Positions 24,898 through 36,064 of a DNA stretch of 64,000 bases are shown piece after piece. The stretch's first letter is position 1, and each line of letters opens with the position of its first letter. Source of the stretch: Raillietiella orientalis. Lineage: Eukaryota. The translations under genes were made by a program, and so were the position numbers. The notes under the pieces were generated by a model that saw only the letters and a list, made by a program, of their open reading frames with translations, had not been told where the DNA came from and did no database searches. The stretch is taken from NCBI GenBank assembly GCA_036172245.1, contig JAYWIR010000063.1:496001-560000 (forward strand), read 5' to 3'.

Positions 24898-27800
24898 ATG
24901 GCCTCTTCCCTATCGACCGCCAGGAGGCTGAACATCGCCTCCTGGAACGTAAACGGTGTGGTCGACCAGAGAAAAAGAAGAAGGATTGTGCGGACCATCG
25001 CACAACAAGACATCGTGTGCCTGCAGGAGACCCACAGGATGGGTCTGGAGATAAGCCAGCGAATGGAACGGCGATTCAACGGGCAGATGTTCGTCAACGA
25101 AGGAGAACGGAACACGAAGGGTGTGGCGGTGCTAATAAAGAACCACTTAGCCCCCACTATTCTGGAAGTGTTCTGTCCCCAACCCGGACGAATCATCTGC
25201 GTGCGACTGGCCTGGTCTGCGACTGTTCACCTTATCCTGGTGAACGTGTACGGGCCGCAAAGGCTAAAACATCGTTGTGCGGAGGCGCTGTATGCAACAC
25301 TCCGGCAAAAGGTCGCCCCTAAGGACGTCGTGATTGTTGCTGGCGATCTCAACATCTTGGATGAGATCATTCATTCGGAAGACGCCAGAGGAAGGACGGC
25401 GTATCGACGGCTATCCGAGGAGTTCGGACTGGTCTGGCGAACAGCAAGCCACAAGCCAATCGATCACGTCCTGCGCAGCACCGAACATGGGAACCGCATC
25501 CAGGGGTTTCGCGACACTATGACTACGGTGTCCGATCACCCCCTGGTGCGGTTTTCCCTAAGAACGGAGAATCCTCGGCGGAGGCAAGGCACCAGGGCAC
25601 CGCTCATCAGCATGCCCGCCTGGTTCGAAACCCATCCCGTTCATCAGGCTGTCCTGGAGACGATTCTGAAGGCAACAACAATCCGAAGAGTCGCCGACTG
25701 GGACAGCCTGAAACACAGGATACACCTGTTTGCGAACATGCAGTTCGGGGATAGGCGCTTGAGGCAAGAGGCGTACCGGGAGCTGAACATCCAAGATCGC
25801 TCCCTCTCAAAGTACTTCGATCAGTATGAGAGTCGGTACGTCCTCAATAACATAAAAGGGGAAGTCGGCGTGCTGGAGAAGAGAAATCTGGCAACAGATA
25901 TCTTCTTCATCCAGTACGACGGCCAAAAGCGACAGTCGTCTGAGGACATCGTGGATGCCTTTCACAGGCATTACACGAAACACTTCAGGCGACAACAGCT
26001 GTGTCGCTCTAGTCAACAGGCCTTCTTGAGCTATCTCGAGAAGAGGACCGACGACCTCCAGCGGAACGGACTGGAGGAGGAGTTCTCCGAAGAAGAGGTG
26101 AAGACTGCGTTTGGGCAACTTCGCAAGGACGTGGCAGCGGGCCCTAACAGTGTACCCATCACGCACTATCAGCGGTACCTGCACGCCTACCTGCGCTTGT
26201 TCCACCAGTTGACCCTCTGCATCCGGGAAGAAGGCAGACTACCTCAGTCCTTCTACGAGTGTCGGATGAGATTGCTGCCAAAAGGAGGCGACTCTACCCA
26301 GATCGCCCAATGGAGGCCAATCTCGATTCTAAACTCCGATGCCAAGTGGTTGGCGAAGATCTGGTCCAACCGCTTAGGCAAGGTCATGTCGCGGCTGATC
26401 TCTCCGGTCCAGACATGTGCAGTCCCAGGACGACACATGTCGGACAATGTCAAGTGTTCCCAGGCCACTGTTGGACTCAGTCGATACGTCGGCGAGAACC
26501 TGGTGCTGGTGTTCACTGACATGGAGAAGGCCTTCGACTCCATCGACCACGGGATGCTGCTGAAGGTTCTGGAGAAGCTAGCGCTTCCGGAACACTTCAG
26601 CAACTTCGTGAGGGCGGTACTCCAGAACCAGTACTGCCGGATCAAGATCAACGGCCAGGAGATGGCAGCAATCAGGATGGAACGAGGAGTCCGACAGGGC
26701 GACTCGCTAAGTGCGATGCTGTTCGTCATCTATATGGAGGCGTTGTCGTCCTTTATCGAGAAGAGCGGACGACTAAGCGGGATTACCATCGATAGCCAGC
26801 GTCTTACCCATCTGGCATACGCCGATGATCTACTCTTCTTCATCAAGGGAGAGAAAAATCAGCGTGCGTTTCTGGATGTGGTGGACCTGATGGAACAGGG
26901 CTTGGGCTTAAAAATCAATTCCCAGAAGAGCCAGCTTTTGCCCGTCGGAATACTGGATCTCTCCACTCTAACGGGTAGTGGATTCCGTACGGTGGACACA
27001 GCCAAGTACCTGGGAGTCTACATCGGCGACGGCTCTGCGTCGAAGCTGCTGTGGAAGGAAATCCTGGGGAAAACGGCCAAGGAAGCAGCCAAGTACACCC
27101 GAACGGACCTTGGGATGAAGCGAAAGGCCAACATATGGAACGGAGTACTCCTTCCAAAAGTGCTCTTCGGGGCGGCCTTCGCGAGGATGAACAAGGAAAC
27201 CACGAGGGAGTTCGACAAGCTGCAGAGGAAAACACTCTGGGGCCACTATCGCCCAAGAGTAAGACTGAAACCCCTGTGTCGTCCCAGGGAAGAAGGCGGT
27301 TCCGGGATGAAGTCGCTTGCACATTCCATGGAAATCATGGATACGCGACACATCCTGGACATTGCCACTTACTGGGATGACTGGCCGTATGCGGCGCACA
27401 GGGCCTACGCGTTGTTGATTAACAACTCGAAAGGCCTGATGACTGCGCTGCTAGGCAAAGTAGGGGAATGGATAACAATCGACCCGACCTGGAGGAGGAA
27501 GCAACGGCTGGTGCGGAAGCACCAAATCAAGATCGTGCCGCGAAGCAGGGAACTCTGGCAGGACGAGTCCATGCTGGTGATCCCTTGGTTGCTTCCTGTC
27601 CCGCCGGACACGAGAAGCTGGATCCACCAGCGGTCCAGAGTTACCCTTCAACAAATCCAGGAGTGGAGGCGAGGAGGCTACCTACATCAAACACGTATAC
27701 TTCGGTATACAGAGATGATGTTAGGAAGGTTTACCCACAGGACCTTCGAAGTGTGGTTCAACCACAACGACTTCGCATGGTCGAGGGTAACCAGAACAAA

Positions 27801-28470
27801 CCTCCGAAGGCTTATCCAAGAAAACGACGGTGACACCAGTGCCCTCCAGGAAGCCACCGAACGCTACGGGAGTGAACGGTTCAACCTGTTAGCGATCGGC
27901 ACGACGCTCTGGAGGAGTGACCGTCCGCCGGGCACCCAGGATGACCTCCTGATGTTTTATCACGGAGGAATCCAGAGTGGGTCCCGATTGCAGCACTTCA
28001 CAGGAAGACGGGAAGACCGAGACTGCGCAGCATGTGGCGACGACGACACGAGACTTCACGTCTTGACGTGTCCCACACTGCTGCATGACTGGCTGATCCT
28101 GAAAAGGATCATAGGACTTACCAACAAGTCCGTTATGGAGATCCTCGCCGGGATGTTTCATGGGGATGGTAATGTTCCCTGTTACAATCCCATGGTGAGG
28201 ACGACCATAGCCCTCTTCATCACCGCCATACTTGTGCGGTGGTGGAAAATGAGGAAAGCCAGGAGAGCCGCACCACCGATGGAGATCCTACAAGGGCTCC
28301 TGAAGAGGGAAATCGGCATCAGGAACTGCGGGAAGATCCACGCCTGGACGTACCGATTCATCCTGAAGAGGATCCAGGACGACGCCCGGGACCATCCAGC
28401 TGGAATTCCCCCTGAAAAGCAGAACTCTAGTGCAACCCAAGGACCCCCAAGTGCAAAATGTTTGTATTGA
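24898..28470 (+). CDS. B2 ORF2, AP endonuclease-reverse transcriptase (~1190 aa, intact)
   Basis: ATG 24898 (MASSLST); SWNVNG, LQETH, NVYGP, GDLN, IDH, SDH; DMEKAFD, GVRQGDSLS, YADD, KYLG; CAACGDDDTRLHVLTC. Confidence 0.96.
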   Translation: MASSLSTARRLNIASWNVNGVVDQRKRRRIVRTIAQQDIVCLQETHRMGLEISQRMERRFNGQMFVNEGERNTKGVAVLIKNHLAPTILEVFCPQPGRIICVRLAWSATVHLILVNVYGPQRLKHRCAEALYATLRQKVAPKDVVIVAGDLNILDEIIHSEDARGRTAYRRLSEEFGLVWRTASHKPIDHVLRSTEHGNRIQGFRDTMTTVSDHPLVRFSLRTENPRRRQGTRAPLISMPAWFETHPVHQAVLETILKATTIRRVADWDSLKHRIHLFANMQFGDRRLRQEAYRELNIQDRSLSKYFDQYESRYVLNNIKGEVGVLEKRNLATDIFFIQYDGQKRQSSEDIVDAFHRHYTKHFRRQQLCRSSQQAFLSYLEKRTDDLQRNGLEEEFSEEEVKTAFGQLRKDVAAGPNSVPITHYQRYLHAYLRLFHQLTLCIREEGRLPQSFYECRMRLLPKGGDSTQIAQWRPISILNSDAKWLAKIWSNRLGKVMSRLISPVQTCAVPGRHMSDNVKCSQATVGLSRYVGENLVLVFTDMEKAFDSIDHGMLLKVLEKLALPEHFSNFVRAVLQNQYCRIKINGQEMAAIRMERGVRQGDSLSAMLFVIYMEALSSFIEKSGRLSGITIDSQRLTHLAYADDLLFFIKGEKNQRAFLDVVDLMEQGLGLKINSQKSQLLPVGILDLSTLTGSGFRTVDTAKYLGVYIGDGSASKLLWKEILGKTAKEAAKYTRTDLGMKRKANIWNGVLLPKVLFGAAFARMNKETTREFDKLQRKTLWGHYRPRVRLKPLCRPREEGGSGMKSLAHSMEIMDTRHILDIATYWDDWPYAAHRAYALLINNSKGLMTALLGKVGEWITIDPTWRRKQRLVRKHQIKIVPRSRELWQDESMLVIPWLLPVPPDTRSWIHQRSRVTLQQIQEWRRGGYLHQTRILRYTEMMLGRFTHRTFEVWFNHNDFAWSRVTRTNLRRLIQENDGDTSALQEATERYGSERFNLLAIGTTLWRSDRPPGTQDDLLMFYHGGIQSGSRLQHFTGRREDRDCAACGDDDTRLHVLTCPTLLHDWLILKRIIGLTNKSVMEILAGMFHGDGNVPCYNPMVRTTIALFITAILVRWWKMRKARRAAPPMEILQGLLKREIGIRNCGKIHAWTYRFILKRIQDDARDHPAGIPPEKQNSSATQGPPSAKCLY

Positions 28471-28550
28471 GTGAATGAGAGTGCGAATGTAAATTTTGTA
28501 TTTTTATAGAAAAATAAACTTACCCCACCCCTTGTGGGACTTGGGGAAAA

Positions 28551-29795
28551 CTGCCGAGTCGGCGATGGCTCGACTGCATGCAGCGTGCTTTTGCTCGTCG
28601 CGACGCTGCTTTTTACGGCTTTCGTAGCCTTTGCAGTGGGTCCTGCGCTGCAGTGGGGCTGTCCGGAACTCGGAAGGGACAACGGAACGGGGCAAGAAGT
28701 CTTCGCACTGTTGCGATCTTCCTGTTTTCCTACCTTTCCCTCGAGGGTGTTACGGAGATTTCCTGGTTCCTGGCTCGGAGAGGTGCCTGCGAGTTCGGCA
28801 GAGAGGGAAGGCACGGCACGCGTCAAACCCTCGCGCCCCTTTTTAATTGGCTTCCCCGCCGTGACTTTCCCCTTTCGGGGCGTTGCGGGCGGGGATGCTT
28901 TCTTTTCATCCGCGGATCGCTCGTGGTTTTTTGCGAGTTTTTGCGGACGACGTTTTTTATTTGCCGCTGCAGCTTTTCGTGCAGTGGTCTCTTGAACCCG
29001 ACGAATTTCCGCTGCAGCTCTTTTTCTTGCAAGTACCGGGCACTTTTTGATTTCGTGCCCGGAATCTTTGCAATAGCGGCATCTTGGAGAGGGGCACTCT
29101 TTAATTCGGTGCCCATCCTTGCCGCACTGCTCGCACGCGCGAGTCTGGCCTATGAACCACAGGTGAACGACCGTGCCGTTCACCTGCAGCTGCTCAGGCA
29201 CAACACGCCTGTTCGCGACGGTGATCCGCGCGGAGGCTTGTCCAATGTGGACAGAGGGGAAATCCTTTAGAGGATTTGGCCTCCTCCACAGAGCGTGCAC
29301 GGTGGCGAACTTCGCCAGCACACTTACGACATCGCGGTCGGAGATTTCCGGTTCGATATCGCACAATTGAACGACAAAAGAGTCGTCCATCGCGGTAGGT
29401 AGGACTTCCTTGCCATTGATGGTAAACGGCGTACGGAGAAGGCGCTGCACAAGTGCTGCGTTCTTGCACCGAATCTTCGTATATTCCATCCTGCCAGCAG
29501 GCATTATGGCAAGGAGTTCCTCCTCGCGAACGCCGATCCGGACGAGCTCATCATTGAGCTCACGACCGATCCTCCCGTTAAGGGGCCCACTGACCTTATA
29601 ACGGAGTGCAGGCATGTATCCTAATGACACATATGCCTGGAACTCCGCATCGCAGGGTCCTGGTCTTTGGGAGGTAACGGCGGCGTAACTCCTCACCGGG
29701 GGCGAGGAAACCATTACGGAGGATGCGGCCACTTCAAGTGCAGCTGAAGTGCATCCAGTGGCTTGCTCCTCCACACTATCCTGTGTACTGGCCAT
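28551..29795 (-). pseudogene. C ORF1 N-terminal part, cut by the B insertions
   Basis: GYMPALRYKV and VHLWFIG homologous to A0/A1 ORF1; knuckles CEQCGKDGHRIKEC and CRYCKDSGHEIKKC. Confidence 0.9.
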
Positions 29796-29909
29796 GTTGC
29801 ACTATGCTACTTGGCAGATTGCTCAGGAACACACAAGTGCGAGCGAAAACGCAGGCACAAAGTTGCCCGATCGTTGGCGCGGATAGACGCGGAAACACGT
29901 CTGCACTGT

Positions 29910-32254
29910 ACGAGCGCAAGAGATCGAATGGATCTCCGGAGGGCGGCTGTGGTACAGGTGTGGAAGACCGAAAAGTTGCGGTGTCGCCTACCTGCTTCGG
30001 CCAACCGTCGAGGCCGAGGCTCGGTGCGTACGGTTCTACGATCACGGTCGTGTCGGCTAGCTGACTCTCAGGTGGTCCGACTCGATCGATCTGATCGTCA
30101 CGAAAGTGTACGCACCGAGCAGCGCGGACCTGAGGAACAGGAGGGCGAGGAAAGAGTTTTTCCTTGCCCTCCGGCGCGACTGGCTGACCGAAGCAGGCGT
30201 GCGGAATGCCCATCTGGTTGCAGGCGATTTCAACGTTCGCCTGAAACCAGATGGGCAGAATCCCGAGCGTGACCTGGTCAACGAGGTGTGCATGGCGGTG
30301 CACACCTGTAATCTGTTGGCCAGTGCACCGGGGATGGAAGACAGCATTAACCACCTGTTTCTTGACGAGCACCTGTGCCCTCGCGTGGGCAGGCGCGGCA
30401 AGTTACCGTGCGAGCTGTCCGACCATCGCCCGCTAGTCCTCGAGATCCATCCGCGCGACAGGGGCCTTCCCTCGTCAGCGTGGCGTCTCCCAGGGGACTG
30501 GCTGATGCTCCCGGACGCGGCGGAACATCTCCGCACGTTCATACGGAGCTTCAGGCTGCGGACACTCCAGGATTGGGACCGCTTCAAGCGGTCGGTCCAG
30601 GAGTTCTGCGACCAGTTCCCTCTGCACCGCCTACCTACGGGTTTTGGGATCAAGGCTTGTAACGAACGAGCCTATCTGCAGGCCCGCCGTTACGTTAGGA
30701 CCCCCGACATCCGCAGGCTGGCGGAATACAAAGCGGGAGCCGAGAGGCAAGCCTGGCAGTCCGGATCGGCCAGCTTGCTGGACGATCAGGGCCAGGAGCA
30801 CTCGGCAATCGCCCAAATCCGCGGCTTGCTGCGGAGTTACTACTCCTCCCTGTATGCCAGGGCACCTCCGGAGAGGAACGTCTCACGACTCCTGCTTCCG
30901 GAAGGCGCTCCAGCGATCGAGGAGGAGGAGAGAAGGACCCTCGACGAGCCTTTCACGATGGACGAGATCCTCTCGGCCATCGGAGAGCTCAAGAGGCGCA
31001 AGGCTCCAGGGGAGGACGACCTGCCCGCGTAGTTTTATCAAACTTTCGCGGCTGAGCTTACCCCCCTGGTACAGCAACTCACCTTGATGATACGCGAGAC
31101 AGGTCACGTTCCCGCCTCGTTTCGTTCGGCAAAGGTGCGGCTCCTTCCTAAGGGAGGAGATCTGAGGAGCATTAACAACTGGCGTCACATAACAATAGTG
31201 AATGCGGACTCCAAGTTGCTAGCTAAGGTTTAGGCAGAGAGGTTGTGACGGGTTGCCAACATCTTCATCAGCCCGGAACAGACATATGCTGTTCCCGGGC
31301 GAAGCATGGAGGCGAACCTGTTCCACGCTTCCACCTGGCTAGAGCTCCAACATGAAAGGAGCTTGGTGCGCAGCCGGAATTCCGGTGCGTGCGTCGGCAA
31401 GGGGTAGGATGGTCGGGTGGGGAAGGTAGCCCTTGCGGTCGCAATCGACTTGCGGAAAGCATTCGATTGCGTCGACCAGAATCTCCTTCTGGAGCTTCTG
31501 GAACGCTTAGGCTTCCCGGCCTCATTAGTGGCCTACCTGTGCTCCTGCTGGCGCGACGCGCTCATCAACGTTTCTTTCAGAGGACAGACCGTGCACGGCG
31601 TGCCAATGCGGCGTGGGATCCGGCAGGGAGACAGCCTGAGCCCCTTGGTCTTCAGTACCTACTTTGAGTTGGTACTGAGAGCGTACAGGGGAACGCTGGC
31701 GCACCTGCCGCACGACTGTGCCGGTACGCCGGCCGTTTCAGCGTACGCGGACGACCTTCTGCTGCTGCTACCTATGTCCACCCCGGCATCGGCGGTCGAG
31801 GAGTTCTTCGACCTGCTAAGTCGGGGAACCGGGCTTGAGGTGAACAGGGCGAAGTCGTCCGTCATGCCAGTTGGTGCGGCGTGGGCAAGGCAGCAGGACT
31901 GGGTCCGTTTGGGGATCCCCACGGTGAGGTACTTCAAGTACCTCGGTGTGTCGTTGGGGACTACTTTCCGGCGGTAGCGTGGTTTGGCTGCCTCCAAAAA
32001 GTAGAGACGGCGATCGGCCCGTTCCGAGGCGGCAAGTTTTTCTTGCCTGAACGGGCTGCGGTTTGGAACACGTTCGCGGCTCCTCTCCTCCGCCCCCTGC
32101 TTTTTGTTTGCCCCCCCACAGAGAGAATTAAAAAGCAGGCAAAGGACCTCCTCCGTATCGCCCTTTGGGGCAACGGGAGGGCCCGAACCCGCTTAAAGGA
32201 CTTGTGCGCTCCTCGTCGGGACGGTGGTCTGGGCCTCTTGACGCTGGAGCGGCT
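29910..32254 (+). mobile_element. LINE A0, segment 3 (ORF2 EN-RT, decayed, 3' part lost)
   Basis: Resumes AQEI|EWISGGRLWY exactly where segment 2 stopped; VYAP, GDFN, SDH, DLRKAFD, YADD. Confidence 0.9.
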
Positions 32255-32973
32255 TCCGGGTCGGCCAGGTTGCTGGACGACCAGGGCCAGGAGCACTCGA
32301 CTCCGGCTAGAATAGGGCACTTCGTGCGGCGTTATTATTCCTCCCTTTACGCCAGGGCGCCCCCGGACCAAGATGCCTCTCGGCGCTTGCTTCCGGACGG
32401 TGCCCCGGCAATAGGGGAGGAGGAGAAGGACAGCCTGGACGAGCCTTTTACCAACGGCGAAATTCTCGCCAGTATCAAAAGGCACAAGAAACGGAAAGCA
32501 TCAGGGGAGGACGGCCTTCCCGCGGAGTTTTTTCAATGCTTCTTGGCAGAGCTGGCACCCCTGGTGCTTGAGTTGCCAAGGCTGATCCGAGATGAAGGCG
32601 ATGTACCCGCCTCGTTTCGGTCAGCCAGAGTGAGGCTCCTTCCGAAAGGAGGAGACCTCAGGAAACTCAGCAACTGGAGTCCGATCACAATTGTGAATAC
32701 GGATGCCTAGCTGATCGCCGGACTGTGGGCTTCGCGTCTGGGGCAAGTGGCCAATTCCATAATTAGCCCGGAGCAGACTTACGCTGTTCCCGGGCGAAGT
32801 ATGGAGGCCAACCTCTTCTTCGCGAGCACATGGTTTCATGTGCAGAGTTGTGGAGAAATGAAAGAGGGAACGATTGGCAGCTCCGCTTTGGGGGCGTCAG
32901 CCGGGCAGGGACAGGACTCCCAGGAGGGGAAGGGGGCCCTAGCGATCGCAGTCGATCTGCATAAAGCGTTCGA
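32255..32973 (+). mobile_element. 5'-truncated A1-subfamily ORF2 fragment (D)
   Basis: SGSARLLDD..RAPPDQDASR..DLHKAFD, close to A1 9330-10050. Confidence 0.88.
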
Positions 32974-34546
32974 TTTTCACCCGGATTTCGCCGGGGCGTT
33001 TATTATAAAATAAACATTTACAAAGTCGTGCAGTGGCTGGACCATTGCTCCAGCCACGCACGAAGAAACACAGAGCCTGCCGGGTCACCGGTTCGCAGAC
33101 CAGTACGGTCCACCACGGCTGCAGGGGGAAGGGGGAAAAACAAAAAACAAAACAAAAAGAAAAGAAAAAACTGGGAGGGTACGGGAGGGGATCACAGTTG
33201 CTGGTGGGGCCGTTGCATCCTTTGCAGGATGCCGGCAAGCTCTTGCTGCATGCTTGGATCCAGGTGGGGCCATCGCGACGCCCTCCTCAGGAACTGGGAG
33301 GCTGGCTGGATGGCACCCTTGTCGTGTGGTCCTCCCGTAGCCTTGCTCCAGGCGGTGACGATCCCGCTTAGGCAGCACAAAGCTGCTAACGAGGCCGCTG
33401 GCCGAAGGGCGTCGGCAACGAAGAGGGCTTTAAGAACGTCCCTGGGGTTGCCGCAAGGGATCCTATGGCCGCGGCGAAGCGGAACCAAAGGGGCCGAAGG
33501 GCAACACAATCCACTAGCAGGTGGGGGAGGGACTCCCGTTCCCCACATCTGACGCAATTGGGGTCCACCGCTCCCCAGGTCCAGTGGTGTCGGCGGGCGT
33601 TGCAGGGGAGTCCCCAGTGCTGCAACAGGAATGCCGACTCCTGCCATTTTAAGGGGAAAGTGGAGGTGTTCATTAGTATTGGGAGCCACTTCAAACGTTC
33701 AATGGGAACGTCTAGCAGCGCGCCTTAGCGTAGAAGTCCATGGGGAGGCGTACTAGGGGTGGCAGCGTCAGTCAGCTGACCCGTCTTCTACTCTCCTATC
33801 TCCTTCTCCTTCCCGGAGATTGTTACTGTAACCACCAACTTCGCCGCAACATCGCTGTCCAGATCTTCCATCAGGGAGGGCAGCGCAGCAGCGAGGGGGG
33901 TTCTTCCTGCCCACGCTCTCTTCTTTGGATCCTCCAGGATCTCGCGGAGCGTGCAACTTCTGTAACCTCCAAACAGGAACCTTCGTTCCTGTTGGGAGCG
34001 TTGCATGCCGAACTGTCCCCACGTTCGAACGGTTTCCTGCAACCAGGCACTACCGTTCAAAGGGCGACAGGTGACCAATCCTGGGTTTTTCCGTGACAGC
34101 GCAGCCACCCTCCGTAGCTGGAGTCCGCATCGGTTGACGCGGCGACGGAGTGCAAGAAACGACGTCAGTCCCGTCTTGCCGGTGGGTTGCTGGAGAAGGA
34201 GACGTGCAGGGACGCACCAACAGGTGCACCACAACTCTGGAACAAGTGCCGAAATTCGGAACTGGAGCTGAAGCTCCAGCCGCTCCAGCGTCAGGAGGCC
34301 CAGACCACCATCCCGATGCGGAGCCCACAAGTCCTTCAAGAGGACTCCGGCCCTTCCGTTGCCCCAAAGGCGATACGGAGGAGGTCCTTCGTCCGGTTTT
34401 TTATCCTCTCTGCGGGGATGCAAACAAAAAGCATGGAACGGAGGAGAGGAGCCGCGAACGTGTTCCAAACCGCGGCCCGTTCAGGCAGGAAAAACCTGCC
34501 GCCTCGGAGCGAACCTATCGCCGTCTCTACTTTTGGGAGGCAGCCA
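32974..34546 (-). mobile_element. 5'-truncated A0-subfamily LINE (E), 3' end intact
   Basis: Inverted homology to 31984-32254; DGGLGLLTLERLELQ, CVRCGERESLPHLLVDC; terminal AATAAACGCCCCGG..CCGGGTGAAAA. Confidence 0.9.
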
Positions 34547-36064
34547 ATGCTTTCGACTGTGTAAACTAGGACCTCCTTCTGTAGCTTCTGGGACGCCTAG
34601 GTCTCCCGACGCACCTCATCGCCTACTTGCGCTCCTGCTGGGTGCACTTCACGCGTTATGCTGTATCTCTTTCAGTGGCCACCACGTGTACGGCGTTCCC
34701 ATACGGCGGGGCATCAGGCAGAGAGACAGCATAAGCCCTCTGCTCTTCAGCATCTTCTTTGAGTTGGTGCTGAGGGCGTACAGGCTGATGCTGGCCAACC
34801 TGCGAAGCTCCTGCCCGGGAACACCGGACGCGGCCGCCTATGCTGAAGACTTGCCCTGTTGCTGTCCATGTCCACTTCGGAGTACAGGTTCGAAGATTTT
34901 TTCGAGCTCACTCTTCGGGGTGCGGGCGTGAGCGTCAACATGACGAAATCCACCATTGTACCGGTGGGCTCTACGTGGGAGGCGCAGTCCGACTGGATCC
35001 GCCTGGGGATCCCTACAGGCAGGTGCCTTAAGTACCTTGGCGTTCCTTGGGCGTCTTCTGTCCAGCAGAAGCGTGGTCGGACTGCCTTCACAAGGCCGAG
35101 ACTGCTCTAGGACCGTTCCAAGGCCACAGGTTCCTCCTGCCGGAACGGGCCTTCGTGTGGAACATTTTCGTTGTCATCTTCCTCCGTCCCTTCTTTTTTT
35201 TTGTCCCCCTCCCTACTCGTTGAAGCGTCGGGCGAAACGCCTGTTGCGGAACGCCTTGTGGGACTGGCGAGGTCCAGGATCTGCTTCAAGGACTTGGCGG
35301 CTCCTCGGCGGGATGCAGGATTGGGCATCCTGACGCTGGAGCGGATCGGACTGCTAATGCAGTTCCGCATGCTGGCACTTTCGACGACTCCCTGGTTTGC
35401 TCCAGCGCGGCTGCTGCTGCGGCGCTGCACGGGTGGCAACGGACTGCTTTCGTTGCACTTGCGCACGGAGCGCGTCATGAGAGGATTCGGCTTCCCTCTT
35501 AGGCAGCTCGCCTCTCTTCTAAGAAAGCGTCCGTTGATCTCCTGCCGGCCGACAAACTTCAACGCCTGGAGGCCCTCCAGGAGTTGTGGCGGCGGCTGTC
35601 TTCAGCGCTCCTGCACCCCGGACACACCGCAAAGGACTGGATGCGCAGCTTCTTCACGGGGTGCGGTCTATCTCTGGGAGCGGTTATCGGAATCATCTGC
35701 TGCGTCCGCGCCATTGTCAGGGCCCCCCACGTGTTGCAGCTGCTAGCGGTCCCAACATCGATCCCCGACACTGCAGCCTGCAATGTGCAACTGGCTGCCG
35801 GGTGGCCACACCTTGACGCAGAAGTGAGGACGGAGATTGCCGGCATTCAACTCCGGTTCTGAGAATAGGAAAGGTTAAACTGCGGACCCATATCCCCACC
35901 TCCCACCGTATTTATTTATTTATTTTCCCCTCCCTGCCTTTCTGAACTCTCAGTGTGGCCGGCCTCCTTGTTGGGTACACGCCTCCCCATCTTCTGTTCC
36001 CTTGCCTGGGTAAACAGTTCCCAGACGATTTAGAATAAATGTCCCGACGTAACCGGATAACAAA
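34546..36064 (+). mobile_element. C-subfamily-like LINE 3' part (D'), decayed, internal deletion near 35570
   Basis: AFDCVN, GIRQRDSISP, YAEDL, RGAGVSVN, RRDAGLGIL; degenerate terminal motif AATAAATGTCCCGACGTAACCGGATAACAAA. Confidence 0.85.

Larger units (their letters stand above)
22927..28550 (+). mobile_element. L1/Tx1-like LINE B2, full length, both ORFs intact
   Basis: Flanked by identical 15-bp direct repeats CTGCCGAGTCGGCGA (22912-22926, 28551-28565). Confidence 0.96.
12690..29909 (-). mobile_element. L1/Tx1-like LINE C, full length but decayed, antisense inside A0 ORF2; contains B1 and B2
   Basis: ORF1 28551-29795 plus 16612-17289; ORF2 13044-16615; 15-bp TSD ACAAGCGCAAGAGAT (12675-12689) / ACGAGCGCAAGAGAT (29910-29924); 3' hairpin at 12690-12719. 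Confidence 0.92.

Noticed and set aside
28182..28550. C-terminal ~120 aa of the 537-aa minus ORF as part of a real protein
   Set aside because: It is read-through of C ORF1 into the antisense of B2's 3' end
28545..28567. B target resembling the U2 snRNA 5' end (ATCGCCGACTCGGC versus ATCGCTTCTCGGC)
   Set aside because: Short gapped match embedded in C ORF1 coding sequence; no further U2 sequence
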